Part shown: piece by piece, positions 35,623-48,750 of the stretch
Layout: every line of letters starts with the position of its first letter
How positions within the stretch are numbered: position 1 is the stretch's first letter
NCBI RefSeq assembly: GCF_011386835.1
Contig: NC_088793.1
Coordinates: 71,114,001 to 71,178,000, forward strand
Length of the DNA stretch: 64,000 nucleotides
Direction of reading: 5' to 3'
From: Chrysemys picta bellii
Lineage: Eukaryota
Notes under the pieces: model-generated
What the model saw: the letters and a program-made list of their open reading frames with translations, nothing else
What the model was told of the DNA's origin: nothing
The model's database searches: none
Made by a program: the position numbers and the translations under genes

Positions 35623-35947
35623 CAGGGCCGCCCAGAGGATTCAGGAGGCCTGGGGTCTTCAGCGGCAGGAGGCCCCCACGCCGAATTGCTGCCGGAGACC
35701 CGGCACTTCGGCGGTGGGTCTTCATGGCACTTCGGTGGCGGGTCCTGGAGCGGAAGGACCCACCGCCGCTGAATTGCTGCCGAAGACCTGGAGCGGAAGA
35801 AGCTCCGGGGCCCCGGGCCCCGCGAAAGTTTTCCAGGGCCCCCGGAGCGAGTGAAGTACCCTGCTCCAGGGGCTCTGAAAAACTCTCGTGGGGGCCCTGC
35901 GGGGTCCGGGCCACTTGCCCCCCCCCCCCCCCCCCCGGGCGGCCCTG
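35623..35947. mobile_element. Young GC-rich hAT MITE
   Basis: TIRs cagggccgcccag / ccgggcggccctg; perfect TSD cctatagc. Confidence 0.92.
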
Positions 35948-35954
35948 CCTATAG

Positions 35955-36350
35955 CAGTGGTTCTCAACCAGGGGTATGCAGAGATCTTCCACGGAGTACA
36001 TTAACTCATCTAGATATTTGCCTAGTTTTACAACAGGCTACATTAAAAAGCACTAGTGAAGTCAGTACAAACTAAAATTTCATACAGACAATGATTTGTT
36101 CATACTGCTCTATATAGTATACACTGAAATGTAAGTACAATATTTATATTTCAATTGATTTATTTTATAATTATATGGTAAAAATGAGAAAGTTAGCAAT
36201 TTTTCAATAATAGTGAGCTGTGAAACTTTTGTATTTTTATGTCTGATTTTGTAAGCAAGTAGTTTTTAAGTGAGGTGAAACTTGGGGGTACACAAGACAA
36301 ATCAGACTCCTGAAGAGGGTACAATAGTCTGGAACTGTTGAGAGCCACTT
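35955..36350. mobile_element. AT-rich hAT MITE
   Basis: TIRs cagtggttctcaac / gttgagagccactt; TSD ccctatag/ccctatat. Confidence 0.85.
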
Positions 36351-36830
36351 CCCTATATCATCACCCTTAAGTCCTGAACCAAAACAATGATACATTTTCT
36401 GGGAGCCTAATTTTATTAAAGGCACATCACAGTGCTGTTACAGATTTGCATCTGGGGACTTTGATGAAGTTATTTTTGCCAAGTGAAACTCTCAGCTTCC
36501 AGACACCTCCACCAATCTCAGTCACAAAATTACTTCCTAAACAGGGTATCAGCCATGAGTAGCGACTCTCCTTGATGTGGTCAGAGTTACAGATGGAGGA
36601 GGTGCCACAATGGGGCACAGCGAAACTATAGGCTCCTTTGTTCCTGAATCTTAGCAGGCTCTAGATGGAAGCGATCCCACAAGGTTGCCAATAGGGCTAC
36701 AGATGGGAGAGGCAGCACAGCAGTGGTTGCAGGAAGAAAAAGTATAAATAAGTTTGCCCCTTTACAGATGTTTACATTTCCACAGCTGTCTGGAAAGGGA
36801 AGTTGCCTTCACACAGGAAGATGAGCGTAG

Positions 36831-37082
36831 GGGCTGGTCCACACTAACCCCCCACTTCGAACTAAGATATGCAACTTCAACTACGTTATTCACGTAGCTG
36901 AAGTCGAAGTATCTTAGTTGGAACTTACCGCGGGTCCACACGGGGCAGGCAGGCTCCCCCGTCGACTCCGCGTACTCCTCTCACGGAGCAGGAGTACCGG
37001 CATCGACGGCGAGCACTTCTGGGATCGATCCCAGAAGATCGATTGCTCACCGCCGGACCCGGAGGTAAGTATAGACGTACTC
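36831..37082. mobile_element. PIF/Harbinger MITE, inverted relative of 31267-31553
   Basis: gggctggtccacactaacccccc..aagtatagacgtactc; aligns to the reverse complement of the 31.3 kb copy. Confidence 0.85.
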
Positions 37083-37724
37083 TGAGAGTCAGAACACTGT
37101 TTCATAGAGTATTGTGGCTTAGTTACAGGATTCTGCTTCGGGTAGTATGATCAGCAGTAGAGTTGTTCAGGATGCCTTTGTCTCATTTAAGATATTCTCT
37201 TGCAGCTCCTGCACTTTCTTTGTAAATGTTTGGTTTCATAGGGGACAGTTTCACAATGCATAAAGTAGTGGGTCAACCAGGGAAGAAACTATCCAAGATC
37301 CACTTCTTTCCACTTCTTAGCCTGCTGAAGCTGGGAAGAATTTAGACACTGTCCCTGGCTTTGGACCTCTAGGCAGGCATGCTAGGTATAGACCTCATGA
37401 CTGACACCCCTTCTTGGCAATGAGGACCCCCAATGGTCCAATTGCCTAGGTCTTGAAGCTTGTGCCATCTCTCCCAAGCCTCCCCAGCAGCTATTACATA
37501 TTCTCCAGAATCCCACTGTAGGCATGAGCCTTCTGTTTTACAGTTCATCTGTTATGGGGTACATGATAAAGTCCAGCAAAACATACACATGGCTGTACTT
37601 TGCACAGGAGTCTAAATACCCCATTGCTCTTTGCTAAGCCTGAAAGAAAGAGAATTTTAGGCAAAATAAACATACCTACATGCATTTTCCCTGCCTTGGT
37701 TTCCTCACTACTCTGGAAAGTTCT

Positions 37725-37815
37725 TCAGGTGTGGGATGTAAATGTAAACAAAATGTCTCGCGGCCCACCAGCAGATTATCCTGATGGGCCACGTGCCAAA
37801 GGTTGCCGACCCCTG
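37725..37815. mobile_element. hAT MITE end fragment
   Basis: ..ggccacgtgccaaaggttgccgacccctg TIR, related to the 24722 end. Confidence 0.6.
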
Positions 37816-40709
37816 GGCTAGAGTTTAGGTGCTGCTTTCACTTGGAGGCTGGTAAATTGCTAACTTTGGAGTGAGGATGCAGGCTAAATCACTTGAATGC
37901 TGATAGTCCTCTAGTGGCTTCCCACTATTCCCCCATGTGCCCAGAAGTACTGACAAGTTCTCCCACAATTCACTGGTAAAAAATCATATTGCTGCTTAGT
38001 TTACCGTAGCACAAGGGAACCATGGGATACACTCCCAGAAGTCCCCCATGGGGGAGGGCAGCACCAATGAGGATGTAGTAACCCGGGTATGGCCTTGCAG
38101 TGTGGCTGGTCACACCCAAGCTAGGCTAACTCGGGTGCCAATCGAGCCACGTATGCTGTGGCTCAGTTCTTCATCTGTAAAATCTATATCAGACCCAAAA
38201 AAAAATGATGGGGGAAAGGAAGTGCTATTTAGACTGCAAGCTCTTTGGGATTTATAATGTGTTTGTACAATGTCTAGTGAAATGGAGCCTAGATCTGAGT
38301 TGGGGCCTCTAGGCACTACTGTAGTACAGCTAAATAAAACAAGGAAAGCCCAATGTGTCTTCATGAGGAATGGCTGAAAAATGCAGCATCTATGTCCAGG
38401 GTGATTGTAGGAAAAGGCTGTCATATTACATCTACTGGAGAAGGGAGAGGAAATGGAATAAACAAGAGATAATGGAGTTAAAGACAAAAGGTGAGGAATT
38501 TAATTTTTAGTTGTACATTTACAGTCAGTCATTGTGACAGAGAGCACAGTTAGAAAAAAATACATGGAAAATATTACTGACATTGTGGAACTGAGATTGT
38601 GAAACTGAAGTGGGAAGTGATCCACATAAGAACCTCTCTCAAGAAATATTCCACTTTATGGGGGATTAAAAAAAAGAGAAGCCCTGTGCTAAAGCAAATA
38701 TACTATGCTGCAGAAAACCATTGTGAACTTTGCACCTTACACCGCAACTTTGAAAATCTGGGTCTCTTTGGATCACAAACACAGCATCAGAATTTGTTAA
38801 CTGTCAGGAAAACTGTGCAGCTAACAAAAGATTCTGAATAGTCTTTTACGGGTTTCCACTTTCATATATATCCATGTTCAACTGCCTATAGTTTCAAAGT
38901 ATCCCCCTAACAGATGCTAATTTAACTCACTAGGCAACAGACTGTGAAATCGGACATGACCGATTGATCACTCACCATTGATTCACATGGAAACTAATGG
39001 AATGTAAAGAAAACATATGAATCTCTAGCACAGTAAAGGGAGGTTATTTATTCATTTTACAAAATAAACTTTCATTTATGAATCGGATCAGCAAGGAGGC
39101 ATAGCCTTTGTGGATTTGAAGAAAATAATTAGCAGGGACGTTATAAAGCATTGAAGTACATGCTGAGCCTTGGGACATGGCTTTGTTAGAAGCCACTGAC
39201 TAAAATAATTGCATGATAATTCTGGCTAGGGGCACCATTCCATCACCAGCTGATCAAACTCTGCATATATAGTTTGGCTCAGTGATCCCAGCATTCACAT
39301 TCACAGAACTATGAATTGTGTTCAGCGTGCCAACTGTTCCACATCTATGTTTTTGGTCTTCAAAAACAAACAAACAAACAAAAAGAATATCAATTTCAAA
39401 GGAAGCTCTCTGGGCTATAACATTCAGCAACAGTCTAGAATCCATCTGTAATGTTCTAAGCTACTAATAACCAAGAAATTTCTCATAAGGTAAGCAGCAG
39501 AAAAATATCTTAATTCATGTATGGGGAAAGTGTGGAGCAGACAGATGTGTGTATGTGCTTGAAGTGAAGACATCCAAATTAAAACATGTAGAAATAATAC
39601 AGAAAAAGAATTGGTAAATTAATATTTCACTTTTTGCATAGAAATTATCCTTTGGAAAAGCTGGTAACTTAATCAGCAGTGATCTTGTAAATACTTTAGT
39701 GATAGGTTATAACAGCAGTCCATGTATCTTTAAAATATCTGTTAGAATTTAACCGGTTTGTAACTCAGCCTTTACAAATCATAGTGGATAAAACTGACAC
39801 ACATTCAACTGAGAAGTGATTTTTTTTTTAATTACATAAAAGAATCAAACTAAAATTTAATTAGAAAATAAATCAATAAAAAATGCCAAACTCACTTTTC
39901 CCCACAAGACAAATTGATTTTCCTCAATAATTTTTGTGCATGACTTTTAAAAGTTTAATATAAAAATAAAAATCACATTTGGACAGCCTGTAATGTCACC
40001 TGAGCCTTTTTGGTATTTCAAAAAGTGTAATTAGAAATGTCCAAGATATATAATAGCTATTGTACTTTTCATAATTTAAGAACAAAAATAAAAAAATCTC
40101 ACCATTGTATCGTAAGGGGATTTTTTTCCCTTCGCACCCAGCTACTTTGACTCTGAGACTGATATTAAAGATCAGATTGTTAAAAGGCGCCCAGATAATA
40201 CCACTGAAAGCAAGTGAGTTAGGGACACTGGAAAATTACTATTGCAACAATATTGCTGATCCTTTCATTTTAGGCCTTAACGCGGTTTTAGCTTTTTCTC
40301 CAGAATGACGGTTTTCATAAAAAGACTAGGTTTTCCATTGCAGGGAGAGCCTTCACCATATAAACCGCATTGTTGTTCTGCCAACCCAGCCATTCAAGTA
40401 AATAGTCTTCAAATAATATCAGCAGTAAAAGCGTGAACTATACCAGAGATTCTAGGATACAGCTATTTAAATACTGGCAAAGGCAAGCTAAGAACCAAAT
40501 GCTTTGCTAGAGTCAAGGCAGTATGTTCATGCCCCTCTATGTCCTCCCCAGAATGGATGCTTTGGCCTCCCATTAGCCAAAGGACATTATTGCTATTCTT
40601 CCTCTGCTAGAAAGATGCTAGGTTTCCCCTGCCTCTTCTTTCTTGGCATTAAAAGAAGGCTTTGTCTCCCCTTTGCTGTTGCATCTACAAGCCAGCACCT
40701 CACTTAGCA

Positions 40710-40830
40710 GGACAGGCACCAGCGAACGAAGCAGATGCTTGCGGTCTTCGGCGGCAATTTGGCGGCGGGCCCCTCAGTCCCTCTCGGAGCGAAGGACCCA
40801 CCGCTGAATTGCCGCCGAAAAAGCCTGTGC
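40710..40830. mobile_element. Fragment of the GC-rich hAT MITE family
   Basis: cggcggcaatttggcggc / gaattgccgccg motifs shared with the 35623 and 56327 elements. Confidence 0.55.
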
Positions 40831-42059
40831 AGGCCCTATCGCTTAGGGCCTGATCCAAAGCCCACTGACTTCAACAAGCATTAGATCAGGCTCTTGCAAC
40901 CCAGCAAATGTTACATAAGATTTCTTAGTTTCACTGCTGCACCTTCCATAGGGTGAATCACCTTTCCAGGGAAGCTGTGCAGTAACATAATCCGATCCAT
41001 CAGCAAACACCGCTAAGGAATACACAGCCCCTTGAATGCCTTAGGAGTGGAAGCTTGTGATTAGGTGTATCACTGGATCTCCCACTTTACTGCTGGATAT
41101 TTTATAATTTGATTGAATTCACTGAGGTCTAGGGGTGTTTGCTAACATGGCATTACTGTTTTTGTTGAATTCACAGACTATGAATCTCATTTGCAAGATC
41201 TGAAAAATAGGTCACGCAGTGCCCATTAAAAAAGCTTGTGATGTAACATTTTCTAGTGAAAGTTTCAGAATTTGCCAAACCTTTTCTCCCCCCAGATTTC
41301 TGTGGATTCTGAAGTTATATAGTAATATAGTTAATGTAATAGAAATCTGTTATATAACATAAGAAATACCAATACAGTATTCCACAAAGAGAGGGGAAAT
41401 TCATTACTATTTTCTTCTGAAGAGTTCCAATGTCTCTGGTTTTGTGGATAACTGGAAAAATAGAATGGAGCAGAGAAGGTATCCCAGATAAATCAGGAAA
41501 GCTAAAAGAATACCAGGAATAATTAGGTTTCCTGAACAAATTCTCAGTGTCAAAAGGAAAGTTCAAGTGAGGATTCAAATGGTCAGGAAAACAAACATTC
41601 TCAGGTTCAGGACAGAATTTCTGGTCTAAATCAGAGAGCTAGAGAAAAGGACCAGAATAGCCAAGTGTCTGAATGGTTAAGGTATTCACCTGTAATGTGG
41701 GATACCGACGTTGAAGTCCCCGTTCCAATCTTGGAGGGTGAGGGTGGTTAGCCTCTCCCTCTCAACTTTTCATTCAATTTTTTTGAAATGTCTGTTTCAT
41801 TCCACACTGGAATGAAAACAAATTCCAAAATCTCAAACATTTTTCCATGAAAATTAAATTCTTGTTTTCCAGTCATCCCTAACCATAAAGGATGTAGAAG
41901 GAAAAGAAAAGTCCAGAGCAGCTGGAAATGCTGAGAGAGTGTCCCAAAGAGGATAAAAAATGTGAAGATGGCAAGAAAGACTGAAAGAATGTGGCTTATT
42001 AGTATAATGCATGTTATTGAGAGTTTTCAGCCAAGACTATAAATACTGTAACAATGAAA

Positions 42060-42154
42060 GGTTTCAGAGTAGCAGCCGTGTTAGTCTGTATCCGCAAAAA
42101 GAAGAACAGGAGTACTTGTGGCAAGGTGCCACAAGTACTCCTGTTCTTCTTTTT
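42060..42154 (+). mobile_element. Collapsed Penelope-like fold-back (perfect 28-bp hairpin)
   Basis: gtttcagagtagcagccgtgttagtc head as at 1967; arms 42096-42123/42127-42154. Confidence 0.75.
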
Positions 42155-45100
42155 ACTGTAACAATGAGCCATTGTCAAAATTCTTATTTTTTGCCAGCAG
42201 GAAACCACTTCTACCATCTACTGGTTGTGTTATCTCTATGGTTAGAGACAGATACCACTCTCAAGACCTCCCCCGCTCCCCACTGCCTCCTGCTTTCTTT
42301 AAAGACCCACTTGGAGGGATAATTGGGTGTTATTTTAAATAATTAAAATGTATGATGGTTCAGGAATGATTTTAATAGCTTCACCTTTTATCTCTACATA
42401 CATTACTTTGTTTGTGTTGAAGTTTTGGGAGATAAACCATTCCAACAGATCTTTTATCCATTTATTAAAAGGTTAAGCAAGCAGTTAGAAAACAAATGTG
42501 AGTTTAAGCAAAATGTCACTAGCTAATTTAAGTTTACAATAAAAATGCAATCATCGAATCAATATTATAATTAAAGTATAAGCAATACATTGATGGTTTA
42601 ATTTATCTGGCTTGCCAATTACTACAATAAGTAACTACATTGAATGATTATAAACAAATTAAGGAAAACAATTCTCCTAGTATGTCACAGGAAGGTTAAG
42701 GGGATAAACTGTTCCCTTTGATTTCAGCAATTTTGCTAGGCCTCTGTTAAAAGCAAGAGCTAGTTCTTGCCTTGGTTTTAAGGAAGTACAGCTCTTAGAA
42801 TGATTTCCTAGTAACTTCCTCTTTTGGCTTTCTCTTGTTGAGTTTTACTGTTCACAGAAACTACATCAAACTGTGGTTTATTTAATCTGTTTCTCCACCC
42901 CGCTTGAACACAATGCCCACATCTTTCTGGCAGTCTGGCACAAATACAAATTTATTTCTAGAATCCCATACTCTGCATCTTTAGAACGACACTCATTTAA
43001 CCCAGAGATCGCTTGCTGTTTAGGTAACAGACTAAGGGGTTTAGTGTCTACTTTGGGGAACAGTTAGTGACAAACAAAGAGAAAGACACACACACTTGTA
43101 CTAATGGGACTTGGAACTATTCTAGTGTTCTTGAATTGCTCTGCAGAGGATTTTCACACGTTCTTAAAGTCTTCAGTTCACATGACTGGTATTAGTTTGG
43201 AACTAAGTTGATATTTACTGGTATCATTAGGATGAAATGAAGATTTTTTGCATGTGGGCGAGGGAGAATTTGGTCTCTCCTCTCTCTCAGTTGTAGACTT
43301 CAGGCTTGGCTTAGCAGAAGGTCAGACAGAGTCTTTCACCTCTTATTCTTTGGATGGCAAGTCCAGGGAAGAAAACTGAATATACCACTCTGGGTGTCCT
43401 TGTTGATGCAAGAGATCGCCTCCCTCCCTTTCTGTCTACATAGTTTAGTCTTTTATAGTGATCAATGTCCTTACTCCGCCTCAGGGGGTATGTCAATATC
43501 TTCACAGGCCAGTTAGATGTTAAAGGCTGGTAGTTGTAATTTGATGTGAGCCAATGACCTGGCATCTTGATCTTGAAGTCACATCAAAGATTCTAAGTTA
43601 GAGTGTGAATGTCTTTAACAATAACCACAAATGGATGTCTCTTGAAAACAGGATACAAGAAAGTACCATGTGTTAAGGAAATGATAGACTTTCACTTAGG
43701 CCCAAGACATCATTGTCTTCATTGTTTAAATATAATTAATAACTTGTCAGTGTTTACTTACCCACACATTCCCACACATCCTTATGACAGAGAGTTAAGA
43801 CACTGGGAAAAGAACTCTAAGAGGTGGGACAAAGTCTATGGAAAGTGGATGACCTTATTCTAATAACCTTTTGCCTACAAACCAGAAAGCTGCTTCAAAC
43901 ATCTCCTAGTAATCGAACTTTCATTAAACATTTGGCCAACTAAAGTTACTCAAGCCTAAATCGAAATATGGCTTAGGTTCCCTACACAGCTAAACCCACT
44001 TGTTTTTCCTCCTCCAAAGGTTGAGATGTTCTCTACTCCTAGGATGCTCTATCAGAACTTGGCAGTGAAAAACAATTTATAACTTCATTTAAACACTGTT
44101 TGTATGAGAAGAAACGAAACACATAAAGGAAGAACATTCGAACATAATCTCAAAGTCTCAGGCTAGTAAAAGCCACACTTGTACATCTTCCACTTTGCCT
44201 ACACTAAGGAATTTTAGCAAAAAATTCCCACCAATGCTAGGACTAGTTCAGCTGAACTGGTGTAAGCACAAGTGAGAGCCCTAGTGTAGATGAGGTTCCA
44301 GTGGCTTCCAGTATTTTACCATGTTAGTGAAATATAAGGGAAGTGATACTGAATATAACATCCATGTTCACATTAATTTTTTTTTTAAATATCAATTTGG
44401 GAACTTATATGAAGTTCCCACAGAATCTCCATAACCGGCTGCACTGAGGTGCCTCGAAACCAAGGGCTCTTGTTGCAGAATTTAGGTCCCATTTGGTGAA
44501 GAGCACAAGGGCCTTTGGACTTCAGCTAATTAAATGGATTCTCCCACACTCACTGTTAAAAATCTTTATATCACTCAGTTGTGTTCCTCATTCTATCTGT
44601 AAAGATACTCATAAATCCTAAAATTAGTGATCAAGCCAAAACCCCATTGACTTCTGTAAGACTTTGCCCTAATAAAATCTAAGCCTCCCTCCCCCTCACC
44701 CCCGCAAATTCTTTGCATGTGAGTATTCCTGTTGAATTGAATGAGACTACCCAGAGGTGTAAAGTTAGAAATGTGCTCAGAATGAATGAATATGAAAACT
44801 TCACATTTGTGCCCATAGATGGTAGGAAGCCATGGGATGAAAGGGTCTATTACGGATGTAAGGTACTAGCAATAAAAGTCTCATGTCAGGCCTACTTTTC
44901 AAAGTACCGTCAATGAGCTTAGTTTGCCTGCCTGAGTTATCGCCACACTGCCGTAGCGGTCTCATATTCAAAGCCAAAGCCGGCGCCACTGCCACAGAAA
45001 TTGAGTGGGTGAAGCTGCTGCCAGCTATAGCACGATTATATGAACAATGATAATGAAAAAGAAAATCAGCTGCTTCAGTAATAGTAAGGATGTGATGTAA

Positions 45101-45409
45101 ACCAATAAGTGAGGAAACAGCTTCAAAAGTTTATTGCTGAAAACAACCTCTAAGGGCTTAGTACAATCTTGCTTTTGCATCTTTCACCCCCCTCCTTAAT
45201 ATGATGTTAATTTTGTGTGTGTATTAATGAGCCATTGATTGGAAAACTCATGAACTTCTAAAATCTCTTCCCGTATGGGTGTATCATAAAGAAATATGAA
45301 CAAACATTATTGAACACAGCTGAAAATCTCCGGTTCCTATAGAAATGCAGCTTAATGTGGGATGCTTTAATGACATGGGATTTTTCATTTCAGACATGAG
45401 CCTCTGATG

Positions 45410-46939
45410 ATGGGGGATTGGAACTTGCTAGGCAGCATCCTCGAGGAAGTGCACATCCACTCCACCATCGTGGGAAAAATCTGGCTCACTATCCTTTTCA
45501 TCTTCCGGATGCTGGTGCTGGGAGTGGCTGCTGAAGATGTTTGGGATGACGAGCAGTCTGAATTCATTTGTAACACTGAGCAACCTGGCTGCAGCAATGT
45601 CTGTTATGACAAAGCCTTCCCCATCTCTCTGATCAGATACTGGGTGCTTCAGATCATCTTTGTCTCTTCCCCATCCCTAGTGTACATGGGACATGCACTT
45701 TATAGACTTAGGGCCCTTGAGAAAGAGAGGCAGAAGAAGAAAACCCATCTGAGAGCCCAGCTGGAAGAGCTGGAGCCGGTCCCGGAGGAGCACAAGAGAA
45801 TGGAGAGGGAGCTGAGGAAGTTAGAAGAACAGAAGAAAGTGAACAAAGCGCCCTTGAGAGGGTCCCTATTGCGCACCTACGTCCTGCATATCTTGACCCG
45901 CTCAGCGGTGGAAGTGGGCTTTATGATAGGTCAGTATCTTTTATATGGGCTTCAAATGTATCCCCTCTACAAATGCACTCGTCCTCCGTGCCCTAACACG
46001 GTGGATTGTTTTGTGTCTAGACCCACAGAGAAGACCATCTTTATGATTTTCATGCATAGCATCGCAGCCGTCTCCCTGTTCCTGAACATCCTGGAGATTA
46101 TCCACCTGGGGATAAAGAAGATAAAGAAGACCCTGCATGGGAGGCAGAGAAGAGAGGCAGCGATGGCAGAGGAGACAAGCATTTGCACCTTGAAGAAGAA
46201 CTCAGTGGTGCAGCAAGTTTGCATCATGAGCAATTCCTCCCCCCAGAGCAGCTATAAACTGTTGCCAAACCAGCAGGGTGGGCTGCCTGTTTACCTGCCC
46301 CCAGTACAGGGATACAAAGTGCTTCAGGCACCTGCTGATCACTGCCAGAGGCCAGGAGGGATGGGTGCTGAGCAGCGCCGGTGCAGCACAGACAGGCCTA
46401 GAAGCGAGCAGCACCATGGACAGGTCCCTCGTCTCTACAAGCACCCGGAGCACCCCCGGGAAAGGGAGCAGCACTACAGACAGCTCCCCAACCAGCACCT
46501 AGGACAGCCATCCCGACACCCTTCCTCCAGCAGCGAGGAGACCCACAAGCAGCCCCAGCAGGGCATCGAGAGCTGCCCAGGGAGCGAACAGCACATCCCG
46601 GAGCCACCCAGGAATGCTGTGCAGCCGGCCAAGACCCCCACTAGTGCCGGTCCGCTGGAGATTCCCCAAGCCCTCCGCAATGTACTCCGCAAACACAGCC
46701 GGGTGGGCAGCTGCAAAGACTACGGGGACGATCGCGGTGACTCTCCAGACAGCGGGCACTATCAGGGCAATCGCAAGGCCAGCTTCCTGTCCAGGGTGCT
46801 GTCTGAGAACCAGCTGGCCAGTGACTCGGAGAGCTCCGACTCCAGGAACGGCTCCAGCTCTGAAGCCAAATGCAGAGAGGAGAGCAGCCCACCCATCACC
46901 CCACCACCCCCTTCTGCAATGGGACGCAGAATGTCCATG
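45410..46939 (+). CDS. GJA10: Gap junction alpha-10 connexin (Cx62/Cx57 orthologue), main coding exon; unspliced reading ends at TAG 46969
   Basis: [19 protein letters not shown] start; E1 cysteines [14 protein letters not shown] and E2 cysteines [12 protein letters not shown]; 4 TM segments; acceptor ttcatttcag|45394; position between CASP8AP2 and BACH2 distinguishes it from GJA9. Confidence 0.93.
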
Positions 46940-48149
46940 GTAAGTAACGCCAAGTGTCCTGCTCTCTAGTGTGAGTTACTGCTCTTTGGAAGGTGTCTGA
47001 GCCTTAGACAGGCCTCAGGATGGCCAGGCTGTGGCTGGGGAGTTGTTTGGATACAGTGACAAACGACATACCTGGCCTCATGCTAGTAGAGGGCCAGAGC
47101 CATCAATGGATAAATGGCAAAGGGATTGAAAAGAAAAACACGCCATTATTTCCTATACATGCCTCACAATCCCTGGAGGTTTCAAATCAAACTATCTCTC
47201 TGCTTAATTGGGATTGTCTTTTGCCTCTAAAGTGAATATTATCAGTAACAGATCATTCATCATTTTATTGGCTTTGGTCACTGAGGTTTCTTATATATTT
47301 AAACTATATAAATATATCCCCCAATTGATCTTTAAAGGATTTTACCATATCCTAGTAGAGGTTCATTCCAGTACAAGAAATTAAATTAAAATCCTGTCCC
47401 CACTGAAATCAATGAGAAAATTCCCCTCAGCTTGAGGGGGCAGGATTTCTCTTGGACTGTATCTTTGGGTTAAACTATTGCCTAAATTAGATTGTTATGT
47501 CTTTATAAAAAAATGTAAAATTTCTACTAGATTAGGGTTTTTTTTTGCCATAAAACACTGAATAATACAGCAAGTGGGTAATTTCATATTTAGCAACTGT
47601 TCATATTCCAAAACCACACAAGCTGTCTGAAAATAGCTTGTTTACTTTCGATTTTAATAAACAATTGTAATTTGGATCCAGATGCCAACAAAGTTGCATT
47701 TTAAAATAATTTAAGCTCAGCGGTTGCAAACCCTTAGTGAGGCTCACTGGCATGGGGGGGGGGGCGCACAGATTTCAATGAGAATACTCCAGTAAGAATG
47801 GATTTGCAGACCTTCAGATACTATCTTATACATTCTGAGGCAAAAATGATTTTAAAAGAAAACAAGCTTAATTTCAAAACACTGTGGGCCCTCTAACATG
47901 TCATTCCATTCCCCCCTATTCTTTAATAACTACCCTTTTTACACGTCTGAACCTCTGCCAAACAAGCAGAAAGTATATTTGTACATTATTCAGCACATTA
48001 CCATTTATATCCGCCAGTTTCAATTGTGCCAGAGTTTCTATAACCCATATAGACAATCAGCAAATACCATACAGAAGAAAATATTCATTCTCTTAAATAC
48101 AGTATCATCATTTTCCCTTTGTTGTTTCCAAGATTGCCTGGAGAGAGGG

Positions 48150-48750
48150 CTCAGAGTCCATCTTGCTGGTTTTCTATGAGGCTAAGGTCTCTTTTCTCCT
48201 CAGCAACACAGACTATCACAAGCAAATCATACCTGTCCTCTGCTCCCTACAGTGACTTGCCATAGAATTTTGAATCAAGTTCAAGGTCTGGGTCCTTATC
48301 TTCAAGGAGCTCTATGGCCTGGGCCCAGAATATCTGAAAAACTGCGTACTGCTCCAGGATGAAGACATTGGATAACAACTATGATGCTCTGGCACAGTGG
48401 GACTTTCTATGATAAGGGTAAAGCTCATCCGTGCAGGAGTCAGAGCTTTTTCCTATCTGTCTGTGGAATGAACTCCCTCAGGAACTAATGACAAACCTCC
48501 CATTACAAGTACAAAGTGCATTTTCTTTGACCTTGCTATATAAATACATAACAACAGGCATATTTCTAAAAAACAAACCAAAACCCCTACCAAAACAAGA
48601 CACTCCACTGCACGTGTTTTTCCCATGGAAAGAGGATGAAAGAACAAACAATACATGACAGATGTTAGTCATGCTGCTTAATGCACTACTGGTAGGCATT
48701 CAGATACTATGATGATAAGTGCAGCATAAGGACTGGAATATAATAGAATG
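48150..48750 (+). mobile_element. L2 LINE 3' fragment
   Basis: Decayed peptide FKVWVLIFKELYGLGPEYL resembles the L2 ORF2 C-terminus. Confidence 0.55.

Noticed and set aside
39870-45241. Onecut-like AATCAAT motifs upstream of the horizontal-cell connexin (39870, 42557, 45235)
   Set aside because: Frequency is compatible with chance in AT-rich DNA without conservation data.
46278-46943. Alternative-frame ORFs overlapping the GJA10 tail
   Set aside because: Expected from high GC content; no independent evidence.
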